Notes under the pieces: generated by a model
Databases searched by the model: none
Told to the model about the DNA's origin: nothing
Seen by the model: only the letters and a program-made list of their open reading frames with translations
Origin: Hydrolagus colliei
Taxonomy: Eukaryota
DNA: 64,000 bases
NCBI GenBank assembly: GCA_035084275.1
Contig: CM068742.1
Location: forward strand, 127,968,001-128,032,000
Reading direction: 5' to 3'
Translations under genes and position numbers: made by a program
Shown: positions 37,010 to 50,630 of the stretch, piece by piece
How positions within the stretch are numbered: position 1 is the first letter of the stretch
Layout: every line of letters begins with the position of its first letter

Positions 37010-37350
37010 CCAGACTGACATTCCATCAAAGGTGCCATCCTTCAGATGAGACATTCTTATATCCATCTATCTGTTCAGCTGGATTTTAGTGATCACTTGG
37101 CACAATAACAAAAACGGAAGGCAGCTTCTCACCGTGTCCTGACCAACAACTCTTGAGATAAATTAGAAGCTTATCTGGCTGTTTGTGCTACCTTGCTGTT
37201 TGTGAAATGGCTGCTGTGTTTGCCTGCTGGAATTGTCACTAGACATTTTAATGCAATCGCCATGGGACGACCTCCCAACATGACAGGCGCTCTATAAATG
37301 TAATTTTGTTGTTGTTGTAAAGCGCTTTGAGACACTTTAATGTTATAAAA
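37010..37350 (+). mobile_element. SacSINE1-like SINE with an L2 tail inserted at about 37260-37318
   Basis: AGGTGCCATCCTTCAGATGAGAC...GCTGTTTGTGCTACCTTGCTG..AAATGGCTGCTG; the host resumes AAGCGCTTTGAGAC after (GTT)n. Confidence 0.7.
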
Positions 37351-37884
37351 GCAAGGATTTGGGAATTATTCCTATTATTCAAACATAATATTTAATTGCT
37401 AAATTCTAAGTGCTTGGGTAACAGTTATAAATTGATTGATGTTTGGTGTCTTGACTAGTTGAAGATAGCTCCTACAATTTTCAGAAATTGTTAGAGGTTT
37501 AATGAACAGTATCTCCTCTAAGCAGTTCTGCATCTGAATGGTTTAAAATGTGTACGTGAAGTATGAATATGCCACTTGTGTTCTTTGATAGCAAATTCAA
37601 GTAACCACTTTGGAGTTTCTAGCCAGAATGCAGACTCATTTCTTTCACAGTTTACAGGTTACGGGTCAAACCTCAGCACTTTCTGCTTGTCTAGTAAATT
37701 GTCTGTCTGGGACCATTATATAACGGTTCAGAAGTGCTTGCTTGTACATTTTTTGCTTAACTTGCAGTGTGTCCTCCACCCTTAATGAAATTAATAAGTA
37801 CAGTATGACCACCGAACAGAAATGGGCAGAAGGAGGGTGACTAAAGCTACGTTCGAAGAGGAGGTTCTTCAAATGGGTCAAGAA

Positions 37885-38060
37885 CTGCCTTCCTCAACCC
37901 CTTTGCATCAATCACTCCTTCCCATGTTCTCTTCAACCACGCTTACGGTCAGCATCCCCCTCCTTCTCACTTGGCTTCTGTCTCCAACATTGTTAAACAC
38001 TTTGAGACACCACCCTCTCAGAGTGGAGGGTGCTATATAATGCAAGTTGTTGTTGTTGTT
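37885..38060 (+). mobile_element. L2 3' tail
   Basis: TTTGAGACAC..GTGGAGGGTGCTATATAATGCAAGTTGTTGTTGTTG. Confidence 0.65.
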
Positions 38061-39005
38061 GAAAGAGGCAAGGGAGGGGTCAACATAAATCCTTCTGATA
38101 AAATTGCATAAATAAAGTAACTCTAAACACTATAAACACAGGTTGGAATTTATTCATGCAGATCCCATTACATAAATTAAGAAGGAGTCATCCCAATAAT
38201 AAGGTTATTTAATTGTCTGCCTCATGGGTTTTTAAAGGGGAGATGGTTGCCAAATTCACCAGCAAAAAAAAGTCACTACACGTCACAATTATTATTGAGA
38301 ATTATTTGAGATGTTTTTCAACATTATAAACATTCTGAAAATGCAAACTCTTTCTTTCATTTCATTTATTTCATTTCAATTTCTTCCACTACAAGAAAAA
38401 GAACAATATCACAATGCATTCTCTGGGGTCCCCAAGCCTTGACTCTTGCCATTCTGTGCCTAATACTTTGTGAAATTAGAAAAGCAGCATTCGATCACAC
38501 TGGGGAACAAGTTCATGTTCTTTTCCAGACATGGAATATATCTGTGTCTGTGCGGCATATATATGTGGAACACTTGTTCTGATGCTTAGTATCCACCCAT
38601 ATCAGTCACTTGGTGACCAGAAAAAAAAAGTGTTAAAATCTGCCATTAGCTTGTATCAAATTTCATTAATTCACATGTGAGTAGATTTAAAACCTTATTG
38701 ATTGATCTTTGATAACCTTAAAAGCAAAGGGTCTCAGGGGTATGATGTGAACACATGATTTGGTTCTATTACCTGATGATATATTATCTGTTACCAATGC
38801 AGGATGAAAGAATGAACACTTAAATAGCTTTAGCCCATCTTATCTCATCCAGCGATCCATCTCTGATCCCTCTAGAATACGTTCCCTACCATTGCAGCAT
38901 CAAGCTACTTTTTAAATGAGTTCAATGACTAACATCACACCCTTCTTTGGAATCTGTTCCAGTTGTAAAATATTCTTTGAGCAAAGAAAAACTTTCTGTT
39001 ATCCA

Positions 39006-39330
39006 GAATTATAGAATCATAAAATATTACAGCACAGAATTAGATAATTCAGCCCTTCATGCATGTGACGGCTCTTTGGAAGGGCTACCCAATCAGTCCC
39101 ACTCCCCCGCTCTTTCCCCATAGCCATGCAAAGTTTTCCTCTTCAGTTTCTATCTAATTCCTTTTGAAAGTTATTATTGAATCTGTCTCCACCACCCTTT
39201 TCAGGCAATGCATTCCAGACTGTAACAACTCTGTGTTGAAATTGTCCTTTGTACTTTTAAATTTATGTCAGCTTGTTCTTCTGTCTTAATGCATCCTGAA
39301 GTATTCTTCTCGGTTTACTTTTTTCAATGC
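39006..39330 (-). mobile_element. CR1 3' fragment
   Basis: AGAATCATAAAATATTACAGCACAGAA...AGTCCCACTCCCCCGCTCTTTCCCCATAGCC...TTCAGGCAATGCATTCCAGA. Confidence 0.85.
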
Positions 39331-40182
39331 TGTGCAAAATCTAACACAGTTGGCTAGCAGCGGAAGGGTTAATGTACCTACCAATAAAGAGAAGAAGTCT
39401 GGAATCTTAGACCACATCATTTATTTCTCTACAACTCTCCAATCCTGAGAGCTGGTGCTATTTCAGCACTTTTAGATGAACACCGAAAGTCAGCTTTCTT
39501 GACAATCTTCATTGTTTCAAACATTATTAAGGGATTAATTGCATCATTTTAACGTGCGAGTCATGTTAAGAAGATGAAACGTAGACTAGAGGCTGCACCA
39601 ATGTCTCAGTGAGTGTAACTTCTGTGCTGGAGTAAAGCAGTATATATGTTCTTGTTCTGTGGGTCTATTGAATTATCATCAAAGGTCATGCAGCAAAAAA
39701 CAGGAATGGCTGAGTAAATCTGATCATCCTTGAAGACTGTGTAGTGAAGTGGAGAGCTAACTGGATTAAGCAGATCTTGCTGTCCCTAGCAAAGTACACA
39801 ATTAGTGTGGAAACTACCAAGGACAGCAATTATTGTTCATGTGATAACATGCTGATTTGGCATTGCAACCAGAAAAAATAGAGATTTGCACGGTCCTTAT
39901 TGATGTAAGAAAGCGACTTTTTCTTTTATGTGAAACAAAATTTCTCTAATCTCTGACTTTATTTTGATTAAAGCACACAATGACATTGACAAGAACTAAA
40001 GCAAAAAGGATATAATTTACAGTTTGAAATTGTTTTTCAGGTATGCCCTTAAACACTATTGCAAAATACTAAGATTTTCCATATTCTATAGTACCATTTT
40101 CCCCTTGTGTTTAAATATTTGAAAGAGATTTAAAAAAGAGATAATTATTATCATATGTTCACTTTAACATTTATGATATTAA

Positions 40183-40519
40183 TAATAATAATCTTGCATT
40201 TAATATAGCACTTTTCATATCTTCTAGATATCTCAAACCCTTCACAGAATATAGTGAATAAAGTGAATTGACTGTATATTTGTGGCGAAACATGGCAGCC
40301 GATTGCTTACAGCAGTGTCCCACAAACAGTCAACAACAACAACAACAACTTGGATTTGTATAATCATGGATTGAAATGACCAATTTACTATCTTTTTTAG
40401 GGATTATTACTAGGCATGTGGAGTAAGGAAACTTGCCGAAGGTTTTACCCTGCCTGGAATTTAACCCAGGTGTCCCACTTGTAAGGTGTGTTCTCTAACC
40501 ACTGAGCTATAGGACTCCA
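40183..40519 (-). mobile_element. Full-length tRNA-head/Deu-core SINE
   Basis: Minus-strand head GTCCTATAGCTCAGTGGTTAGAG..CCTTACAAG..CCTGGGTTAAATTCC; core and (TAT)n tail present; L2 tail stub inserted at about 40331-40362. Confidence 0.9.
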
Positions 40520-41261
40520 CAGGGACAAGAGGACAACATTAGCTTTGACATCTTTATTATGGTAGGTCAATAGTTGTGAACTATTAGGAGTCAGTATTAT
40601 TACTCCTTCCAAATCTTATTGTGCTCCTTCCAAATCTTAGTGAAAGACCCATATTTGCCAAAAAGAGCGCACATCTTCTTTTAATCTTTATTCCACAAAA
40701 TGTCCATGTTTCTACATTTAATCAACAACACCAACACCTTCCATGCTGTTGGGTATATGAACCAAAGCTCTGGGATACAATAATACATGCCAAGTAGATC
40801 AGTAAGTTTACAGCAAAACCTGATGGTACTGAACTCATGCATTGAGTATGCTGTATAATTTTCTAGATGGATTTAACGTGAGCAGAGGGCCTTGTTGGAC
40901 ATCTGCATGTGGAGAAGGGAGGATAGACATTTCCAGGAGGGCAAATTCCATCTGAGCATTAGCTCTGCTGATAGTTACTACCCCAGGGAGCCGGTGTGCA
41001 AGAAGAAAGTCAACCTCCTGCAATTTACCCAGAAGCAATGTGCGAAGAGGCCTTGGCTGAGTCTGGAGCAGTGGCATCTGCTATTGGGATGCCTGTGAGT
41101 CACTCATCAGTTAAAATAATGCTACTAATAGCAGTGAAAGCGAATACCGCCTTTGGTGTTTTTGCTGCTGGTTCATTCGAGGCATTCACTGCAGCAGCGC
41201 TTGAACGAGTCACTGTGTTCTACCCCAGCATTGAGATATTTAACACTCCAATCAGGAAGAA

Positions 41262-41262
<1 letters not shown>

Positions 41263-41302
<40 letters not shown>
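41263..41302. repeat. (CT)n(AT)n compound microsatellite
   Basis: Read directly. Confidence 0.95.
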
Positions 41303-41629
41303 GAATATGTTACATATATATACACATACAAATATTGTGTACACTAATACACATAGATGCACACACACTGAACTGTAATGCATTCACTTATCAAAGACAT
41401 AAGAAGAGATGCTGATCACAGGACTGCAACCACTCGATTGGAAAAGATTCCCGGATGGAAATGCAACCACATCGATCACAGAGGAAAGATCGCATTCACT
41501 AAACCCTAATACCTGGGTAGAACTCACCCTCTGATATTTGGAGATCATAACAGCAATTGGGAAGTTTGAAAGGGAAGTAACAACAACAACAAATTACATT
41601 TGTATAGCACAGGATGGAAGAATGTAACT

Positions 41630-41930
41630 ATCAGTGGTTGGATCTCTCACCTTACGAGTGAGAGACCTGGGTTTGATTCCAGGCAGGGCAAAACTGTAGG
41701 CAAGTTTCCTTACTCGCACACCTGATAATAATCCCTCAAGAAAAAAATCAATAATAATTTGGTCATTTCAATTCACGACTGTTTGTGTGACACTTCTGTG
41801 CATAATTGGCTGCCATGATTTGCCCCAAATTTACAATCAATTCACTTTACAGAATATTCTGTGAAGCGCTTTGAGACATTTAGAAGACGTGAAAAACACT
41901 ATATCAAATGCAAGGATTATTATTATTATT
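41630..41930 (+). mobile_element. Near full-length tRNA-head/Deu-core SINE
   Basis: TCAGTGGTTG...CCTGGGTTTGATTCC (partial A box, B box), core, GCAAGGATTATTATTATT tail. Confidence 0.9.
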
Positions 41931-42335
41931 AAGAATGGCTACAATGAGACATAGATTGGCAGCAATATTTTGCCTCCCGACACCTCTCTATAGATACTTT
42001 CACCGAAACTTTCACTTTGTGCTTTCACCGAAAATAATTTATTGCCAGGTACATAAGCAATCAAGGCTGCTGAACAGAAAACGTTTGACATCCTCAGACA
42101 AAAAGGTTTTGCTGCATGTATTATTTGGGTCATGCACCGCAGTATACCTCACAGTATGTGGTTACTATAAGGCAAATGTGCTGTATGTTGCAAGGAGACT
42201 GAGACAGATATTAAGATGCTTCAGTGATGACTGATCATGTGATTTTACAAAACTGCCTGAAACATTCACGGGAATGTTTCTGGACTTCACAATTGTGGTT
42301 GTGAGGGCACTTGTGTAGACAAGAAAACAAACAAA

Positions 42336-42476
42336 NNNNNNNNNNNNNNNNNNNNNNNNNNNNNNNNNNNNNNNNNNNNNNNNNNNNNNNNNNNNNNNNN
42401 NNNNNNNNNNNNNNNNNNNNNNNNNNNNNNNNNNNNNNNNNNNNNNNNNNNNNNNNNNNNNNNNNNNNNNNNNNNN
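42336..42476. other. Assembly gap
   Basis: Run of N. Confidence 1.
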
Positions 42477-44064
42477 TGCCTTATAATATTTAACACATGA
42501 AGCATTATCAAATGTTTATGGTGGACCAGGGTTGAATGGCCTTTTCCTCTTCTGATGTGATGGTGTGACCTGCCATTGAGCTGTGTTAAGCCCCAGGAAA
42601 TATTATCAAACTTAAAGCGTAATAGAAAAGGTACATTTTCCGTCTGTTTCAAACAGCTCCATAATAGCAAGCACATAATTTGGTGATTGCGGAAGCTGAA
42701 TGGAAATCAACTGTGAAGAGCCTTCTTCTTTCTTCATTAAACCTGAAGGAAAATTATAATTGAATTTTTAATTCATATGTGCAGAATTCTAGCAAGGTTG
42801 GGGGGGCAGGGCGGTGTGGGGTGTGGGGGCTGGGGTAGTTAGATCCCCAAAATGCATTGATGCATATTGGGCTTGGAAAGATCAGCTCAATCAACTGGGA
42901 TATGAAATGCTTTTTCACATTTTGATAACACACTAATAATGTCAGTCAAACTACTGACGAAAACCCAAAAATAAAACAGCAAAAATTCTTGCTCAACCTC
43001 CTCTTGTGTTCACCAACCACTCTCGACAAGCATTGAACCCATACTTTGCGGTAGCAATGATTTGAACGAATTCAGATACTGCAGGAAAAATAAGGCTAGA
43101 TTTGAGTGAGTGCAAATATCAGCCTCTACTGCTGCCACCTGGATTTGCAGCCGCTCTGCAGACGTTTCGTTCAATCCCCACGAGTGTTTTGGTGCCCCCA
43201 GATCAAATCAAGTGGCCCAGTCAAGGTCAATAAACCTGGTGCCTATTTTAGAGATTAATTGGTCTAATATTTCGATATCTCCATTGAAAGACTAGGGTTA
43301 CAATGTTTTCTCAGTGCAGGATGGGACTGGGCAGGAGAGGCTTCTTGGAGGGGGAGGTGGTGGGGGTGGTGGTGAGATTGAAAGCTCCAGAAATCCCTCC
43401 TCAAAGGATTTTGCTTTACCTGTTGTGTAAATTTTTGCCATGGTGAGGTGGGAACAAGGGAATATCTCTGGAATTTTCATGTGTAGGTGGAATGTGTGAA
43501 GCTCTGTTTGATTTGATAACTCTTAAGCAAGGTGATGGGTTTCTCCATTTGTCAGACACCCAACTGAACAAAAAAATAGAACAAGCAGCAGTGACCCATT
43601 TCACATTGCAACAGGTCTTCAGAGCCTATTAATTCCTACACAGAATCATAAACACTTTATTTGTGGAATCTCACAATCATTTGAGATGAATAAGTCAATC
43701 CCAAGTTTTTTGATTAATATTCATCCTATGGATTGTTCAGAAGCATCGTAATTTGCAGTATTCCAAAACTGGATTACTTGCAGTCTGCAGTATTGGAACT
43801 GATATTGTGTCAACCCAACACACACAGCATGGCTTTTGTTTGTGACAGTATGTGGCGTCTGTTCAGATTCAATTGGAACTTCCAATTTCAAACACAAATG
43901 GGAGGTGAATTTGAGTTAACAGATTCTAAATCAACATGTATTGAATTTAAATGTACCACTGTACTGTGTACGTGCTTTAGCAACTCAAAGGCAATTGCCA
44001 CAGAACAGTCCCGCACACACGAACACACACACATTGATATAAGACTGTTTCTGCTTTTGTGAAA

Positions 44065-44440
44065 TTCATTTCAATTACTATAAAGGACCTCCACAGCCTC
44101 ATCCAATCCTGTCTTTGTGACCTCCTGCAACACAACTGACCTGAAGCCTCAATTTCCTCAGTGTCCATTGGCCTGCTTTGTGCCTAATGCCTTATTCACC
44201 AACCAGTGATACTGAGATTTTAGCCATTCTGCTCCCATGTTCTGGAGCTCCAACCGGGAATCCCTCTGAGTTATCTCCTGAATCCCACTTTCAAAACCCA
44301 GCTCAAGACTTACCTCATGAACCACATTTTTGCCTCCCCATCCCTTTCATCTCCCACCCCCAGCTCGGGTACCTACCCAATAGTGTTAAGTGCTTTGGGT
44401 CATTCTAGGACACGAAAGATTGTATAAAATGGTAAGTTGT
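44065..44440 (+). mobile_element. Old L2 3' fragment
   Basis: Decayed L2 end: CTTTCAAAACCCAGCTCAAGACTTACCTC; tail AAGTGCTTTGGGTCATTC..TGTATAAAAT. Confidence 0.6.
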
Positions 44441-47400
44441 ATTATATTTCACCAATGATCTAACTGAAATGATGTACAGATAGCCAAGAAATTAGGTGTC
44501 CAGCATTTAATTAACATTTGCTGTAGTGAAGCTGCCGGAGAGGTGACATTGTTTTTCACCACATATGTACATCATCAAATTATTTATTGGCTGACTCAGG
44601 GCCAACACCTAATGACATATTTTACTATGTGGCTTACCAGAACCCTGTGAAGATTGATAAGAAATAACCCTATCAGACCTGGATCAGCCCCACCAAATCA
44701 GAATGTTAAAACCCTCAAGGGAAATAAACTATACATTAACCACCTGTCTGTTCAGCTTCATTATTACTTTCCAGGAAGAGCCTGGCACATTATTTTTCCT
44801 GTTCTGGGCACATTTCCACATCCTTTGGCTACGGTTACCTGCGCTCTGAGACACCGTCCGGCATGGAGGGCACTATATAAATCAAAGTTGTTGTTGTTGT
44901 CCTCAGTTGACATTCCTGCTGCAGTGGCCAATGGCCCAGTCACCTCTGAGATACGTACATCTCCAGCATGACTGTGCACCCTGGTAAACACTCAGATTTC
45001 ATTTTAATTACTCAGTACAATACACTACAATATAAATTTATATTTATCTAGAGCTATATCATATTGGGAGGATATTCTTGCTTCCTTCAAGGATCTTCTC
45101 AAGACATTCCTCTTTCACCATGCCTTTGGCCATCCTCCTACATCCACCCCCTTTCATCCCAACCCCGAGCTCAGGTGCAAACGTTTCACTGCCCAGCACA
45201 AACCCCTCACTGCCCAGTGCCTTGGGATGTCCTCCCAATGCGAAAGGCGTGATATTAATGCAATTTAGGGACGTCCCAAAGCACTGCAAGGCATTGTGGG
45301 AATGAGGATTGAGGACCAAAAAAACTAGGAAACAGGGAAAATTCTTGGAGACATCCTGCATGAACCAGATGAAAATATAAGAATTTGAAACCCGTTTAGT
45401 GGCTTTACATAACCGGGGTTCTAAACGTATTCTGTTTCTCTGATGTTCCAGTCAATGTTAATGGTGTATTGGATTAAGGGTCTCAGCTCTTCACTTTAAT
45501 TCTCGATTTTAAAATCGTTATTGATTGCTGAAATGAACCTTCTTCGAGATTCACCCTTACATACTGGTTGTCCTGAACACTTCCGGGAAATTTAAATTGC
45601 CCATGACTAACTATCACTTTACAATTTCATACAGGCTGTCTTGCTTGCCTCTGTGTGTCTCTGTCTACTTGTTCAGTTTGAGCTCGAGGGTGACTGTAGA
45701 TGTCAATTGTCAATTTGTTGCCCTTGTCATTGCTGATATTCACCCTGATTTCTTAAACCATCTTACTAATAAGGTCACAGATTACATGGGTCCTTTCCAG
45801 CAAAACGTTTTAGACCTACTTATTTCAATCTCATCGACATCTTCTGTACACAGTCACATTTCAGAGGCAGGGTTCTAATTCCAAACAGTATTTCCTGATG
45901 CTCCTTGTACTAGAACATAAAAAATTACAGTTTGTCCTTCAAAACATTCTTGCGCCTTGTTAATCCTTTTGTTATAGTTTCTCCCTCTCAACAAGAGCCT
46001 GAATGCCAGCACCTATCTGACTGACGGCATCAAAGTTTGTGATCAGAGCAAGCTAACAGCTATCTCATGTTACATGTTTTACGAGTGTGCTCTTAGGTCG
46101 TTTGGGTCTTTTACGCTGTTTGAATGACTGATGAGTGCTGACTAATTTATGGCATTCATTTTCACCTTAGGGTGATAGCAGATGCTCCTGTAAAGAAGAC
46201 GTTCATGCTGGCAGATCCAAGGCCAGAACCATAATTACGCTCAGTTTCCACAGCAAACTGTTTCTGATATTGATTGACAATTTAACTTTTTCTTAAAACT
46301 CTTGCACGGGTTTAGGTGTTCTCAATTCAGCGCCGGCAAATGACCAAGTAAGAATATCTTACATCCGGTTTAGATGCTCAGAGGACTTTAATTGAGTTAA
46401 AATGGCAGTAATAATATCATGAGTTCAAGGTTAGTGCTTGCAAAAACAAAAATGAACTGGATGTCATGGAGAGGCGTATGATGCTGAAGTGCTGATCCTG
46501 TCAGTGCATACTTGGAATGGGCAAATACAATTATCGCTATATATTTGGTGGAGAATTGCCACAATTTGGGAAACAATTCCCCCCCCACCGCCAACACAAA
46601 AATAAAACTAATTTAAATAGAATTTGACTCAGTGTGAATCAAGCACAAGCCCTCCTGGCAAAGAAAGACAATATTTGTACGAGTAGAATTAAAAATCACA
46701 GAGCATATATGTCGTGAATGAGAATCACACTGTGCTTTGTACCCTTCATTTAATGTCTCACCTGGAGAATAGCACTTCCAACAATGAAACACTGACTTGG
46801 TGTGTCAGTCTAGATTATGAGCTCAAACTCCCAATGTGGCATTCTTTAATATAATTTAATATATAGTACATATTGATCATTCTGACTTACTGCAAAGAAA
46901 GGTTACTTGGGCGAGGCGCCAGACCTCGGGAAAAATCAATGATTTTGTTGGGGAAGAAGGGGAATTCATTATAGGTTTCTTGAAGCTAACAGTGTGGGTA
47001 CACTTGAGGGGATGTGGGGGGGAGGGGAGGGAGTTGAGTAGAACTAAATTGCTCTTTAAGCAGGAACAGACATCTAAACTGGTACTAAAATCCCAGCTCC
47101 TTGTTCCCTATTCGGCAAGTGTCAGGTAGCTGTTCACATTTGGTGACTGTGCAGGCATCACACCCTGTACAATAAGTGAAGACGGGTCCGCTTGTTCTGC
47201 TTTTGTGAGATTTCAGTTTCGGCAGATCATTCGAGGTGTCACCTTTCTATCCCACCTGCTCCAAATATACACACAACAGCTGCCAGCAGTGTAGCGTGTT
47301 CAGTTGCTGCACAAGTGAGGCTGACAGATCGCTCGCAAGTAACAATCATTAGCAGGCGATGGTTAGTCTCCAGTTCCCAGATTACAAAAAAAATAGGATT

Positions 47401-47889
47401 TTATTTTCTAGTTCACATTGCCGAAGAAAATCAATTAAAACCAGATTTCTGGACTCACATTGTTCTGTGGAAACATAATATTTGATTTTACTGGTATTTC
47501 TGCACTCAAGTGTTATAAATAGAAGATAGCAGCGGGCTGTCGGTTCATTACATGGCAATAATTCAACTGAGAATTTAAATCATAAATCATTAGTGCAGAG
47601 CTCAGGCCAGTTTCTCTCAGCAGTACCCCAAGAATGGATTACTACCTGGAATCCACATTTATCCATCTGGCATTCTTTATTGTCTATATATGTATGTATA
47701 AAGCAAGGCAAATTGTTAGTTTCTTCTTCAAACAAAAAAAATCTCTTTTTCTTAGCAGCAATATATTTGGCACTGCCTACGAGGCTATTGTGCGTGTGAT
47801 GTAATATCTTACTGTATAAGTTGCTATATGGAAATAATTCACTCTTCTCCTTATTTCATGAAGAACTCTAGTCTGTTCATTAATGCAGA

Positions 47890-48425
47890 TAAATGGCTAC
47901 TACTGTGAAATTGTGGTGCAACCTTGTGTGTGGCACTGGCACTGAATATTGCCTAAAAACACAAAGTCACAAACTTCACAGTAAAGTCCTTCAAAGTGCT
48001 TTGAGATACTACAAAATTGGATCTGTAAAGTGCCAGGGATTAGAACTGGAGTGGGAGGGGTTGCAGGGGGTTGTTGAGATCTGGAAGGGTGTATGCCAAA
48101 GAGGGTAGGAGGGTGGCCAAAGGCAGGTCAAAGAGGAGAGCCTTGAGGCATCCCTTGAAGAAGGCAAGGGAGGGAGTGAGGTGAAGGGTATGTGGAATGG
48201 AATTCAGTGGGTTGTGGCAGACAGGCTGAAGACCTGACTGCAAATGGTGGAGCGGGCCAGGCGAAGGCAGTACGGAGGGAGCGGGATATGGAGCAGGCTG
48301 GAACCTGCTGAATGGGAAGTTTATAAGGTGTTAGCAGATAGAATAGGTAGGAAGGGGCAAGGCCATCAACACACGTCTTGTTCACGCAATAAGGATCCAT
48401 ATCGAATGCAAGGATTATTATTATT
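47890..48425. mobile_element. Deu-SINE (+) split by an L2 fragment (-, about 48035-48370)
   Basis: SINE AAAGTGCTTTGAGATA precedes, and ATCGAATGCAAGGATTATTATT follows, an L2 segment matching 30145-30478. Confidence 0.7.
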
Positions 48426-49989
48426 GAATACTGTGATCTTCATTTGTAATATTCTCAAACTGCGATAACTGTGATTTCCGGTTTGCAAATACTGAGGGTT
48501 GGGGAGTGGTGGGGAGGGAATCCCGATTCCAGGACATAACAAACCAAACGATTCACCACATTACATTGTGCAGAGCAAAAGTGCCAATCACATATCCCCA
48601 ACAAAAGACTCGGGAGCAAAAGAGCAAAACGTAAGCAAACACCCAGCCTCATAATGTGCAAATGTCAAGTTTCAAAAGTATCCTTCCCAGCTGTAGTGTC
48701 TTTGGATGCAAGGCTGATGTTCAAAGCTGTGGAACGCCATCAAGAATTAGTCATGCACAGTTAATACCCACCTGACATTGCGTTTCTCATCATTTATTCT
48801 TGAAGCTGAGTTTAGATAAGGCCGAGCAAAGGTTAAATGCTGCTGAATCTGTAACAATTAGCCCATGTTTATTTGAGGGTGATACAGTGCTTGTAAAATG
48901 GTCTTGGTATGGCAACATTACAATGGAGATGCTGAATTGTTCTCAAGTTGAAAGTTGGCCTTGTGATTTATGCTCTGTTTTGAGGGATGGAGTGAATGAC
49001 AAACATAGTGAATGCTGGCAAACAGAAATGCAAACAGTAAAACGATGTCACCCTTTAGGACACTATCACTTTGATGGACTCTGAGCAAAAAGAAACCCTT
49101 ATAAGGCTGGCCATTTGCTCACTATTATCCCTTGATTGACCCAAATAAATCCTGATAATCTGCAATGCCATCAAAATGACACCTTGTTGTTGATGTCATT
49201 AGACATAACTTTTCTTTTTTGTCTTTGCCAAACTTAGGTTGTTGTGTGCTGCCAGCACAAAACAATGATTACAATAAGAAAACTGAAAAATATCTCACAA
49301 ATGCTTGAAACTGCAAATGTTGTTTCTCAAAGGATTTTTGCTGGGGAGGAAGTTGAAAGAATGCAGCCTGATCTTCTCTTCCAGGGTAAAACTGATAGGG
49401 CATTCTTCAGCTTGTGTTATGATCTAAATCTTTTGATTAGATTCCAGCCTGATAACTCGCTCCCATATAGTCAGCATTTTCTGCATTACAAATAAAAGGA
49501 GACGGTTTAATAAATGTGATTTTGCATGCTGTTCATATTTTCTTCATGCCGCTGTTGCTGTGTTGGTAAAATTACTGAGAATTACCTGTGAGCTGTCAAG
49601 TCTATGTTGATCCACATACGGCAATGCACTGGATGTCTCATTCAGAGCCCTGCTTTGCTGTATATGTTAATGTCTTAATGAATGCAGAGCTGACATGGCC
49701 TAATGAACAGATTATAAATCAGCCATTAAAGAGCTGGAAAATTTATAATAAACATGGGCTAAGTAGTATACTCATTTGAGGATTGATTATAAATATCATA
49801 ACGTAATCTCTTTTGTTTTCATATAAATGGCAATTGTGATGCTGATGTCTCATTGTAAGTCATTGGCATATCACTCCTGATTGTGGTGCTTCTTCAGAAG
49901 GAGCACTGTTCTTTTACCTTGGTATTTATAATTTATTGTGTGATATTATTTCTTATAGGTGAACAGTTTTATCATTGTAATTATATTTA

Positions 49990-50380
49990 TAGTATCATGG
50001 AAATTTACAGCTCAGAAGGAGGTGATTCAGCCCATCAAGTATCAGGTCTGCACTATCTTTTAGAGCAAGCTCTTCATTAAATCCCATGGCCTCTCCATAT
50101 CAACATGCCTTGCCGAGTCTCTAACTTCCATGTTGCTCTCTACTTTCCTCTTGAAACCCAGAATAAAATCTGCCTCTACGATTTACTTGGCAGGGCAGTC
50201 CACGTCCCAACACTCAGTGAAAAAAATTCTCTTAAATTCTCCTTCACTCTTCTTGCAACTATCATATTAATATCCTCCAGTTAATGATTCCTCATCCATG
50301 GAATCAGCTTCTCCCTGTTTACCCTGTTAATAATCTTCTTTAGCCCTATCAGGATATCTCTCAAATTTCTCACAATTCCT
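49990..50380 (-). mobile_element. Old CR1 3' fragment
   Basis: ATCATGGAAATTTACAGCTCAGAAGGAGGTGATTCAGCCCATC...CTCAGTGAAAAAAATTCTC. Confidence 0.75.
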
Positions 50381-50519
50381 TCGTTATGAGAAACAGAGTG
50401 CAGCCATGGAAAATCTTTATTCTGAGACTTCTGACATGAAAGTCACTAAACAAGTGTAATTTTTTTCTTGTTATTGTGAAAGAAAATTACTTTATAACAT
50501 TTGTGGGTAGCACCAAGCT

Positions 50520-50630
50520 AACAAAATAAAAACAGAAATCGCTGCAAATACTCAGTAGGTCAGGCAGCATCTATAGAGAGAAGAAAGTGAGTTAAAGTTT
50601 CAGGTTGATGACTTCTGTTTTTATTTCAGG
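50520..50630. mobile_element. Collapsed inverted Penelope pLTR remnant
   Basis: AAATAAAAACAGAAATCGCTGCAAATACTCAGTAGGTCAGGCAGCATCTATAGAG...TTCTGTTTTTATTT; the two ends are complementary. Confidence 0.7.

Noticed and set aside
40030-40046. TTTTTCAG|GTATGC recursive-splice-like site
   Set aside because: Short motif expected by chance in 64 kb; host gene and strand unknown.
40603-40642. Tandem duplication CTCCTTCCAAATCTTA x2 (similar ones at 1696-1720 and 63029-63048)
   Set aside because: Ordinary slippage duplications; not CRISPR-like and no spacer structure.
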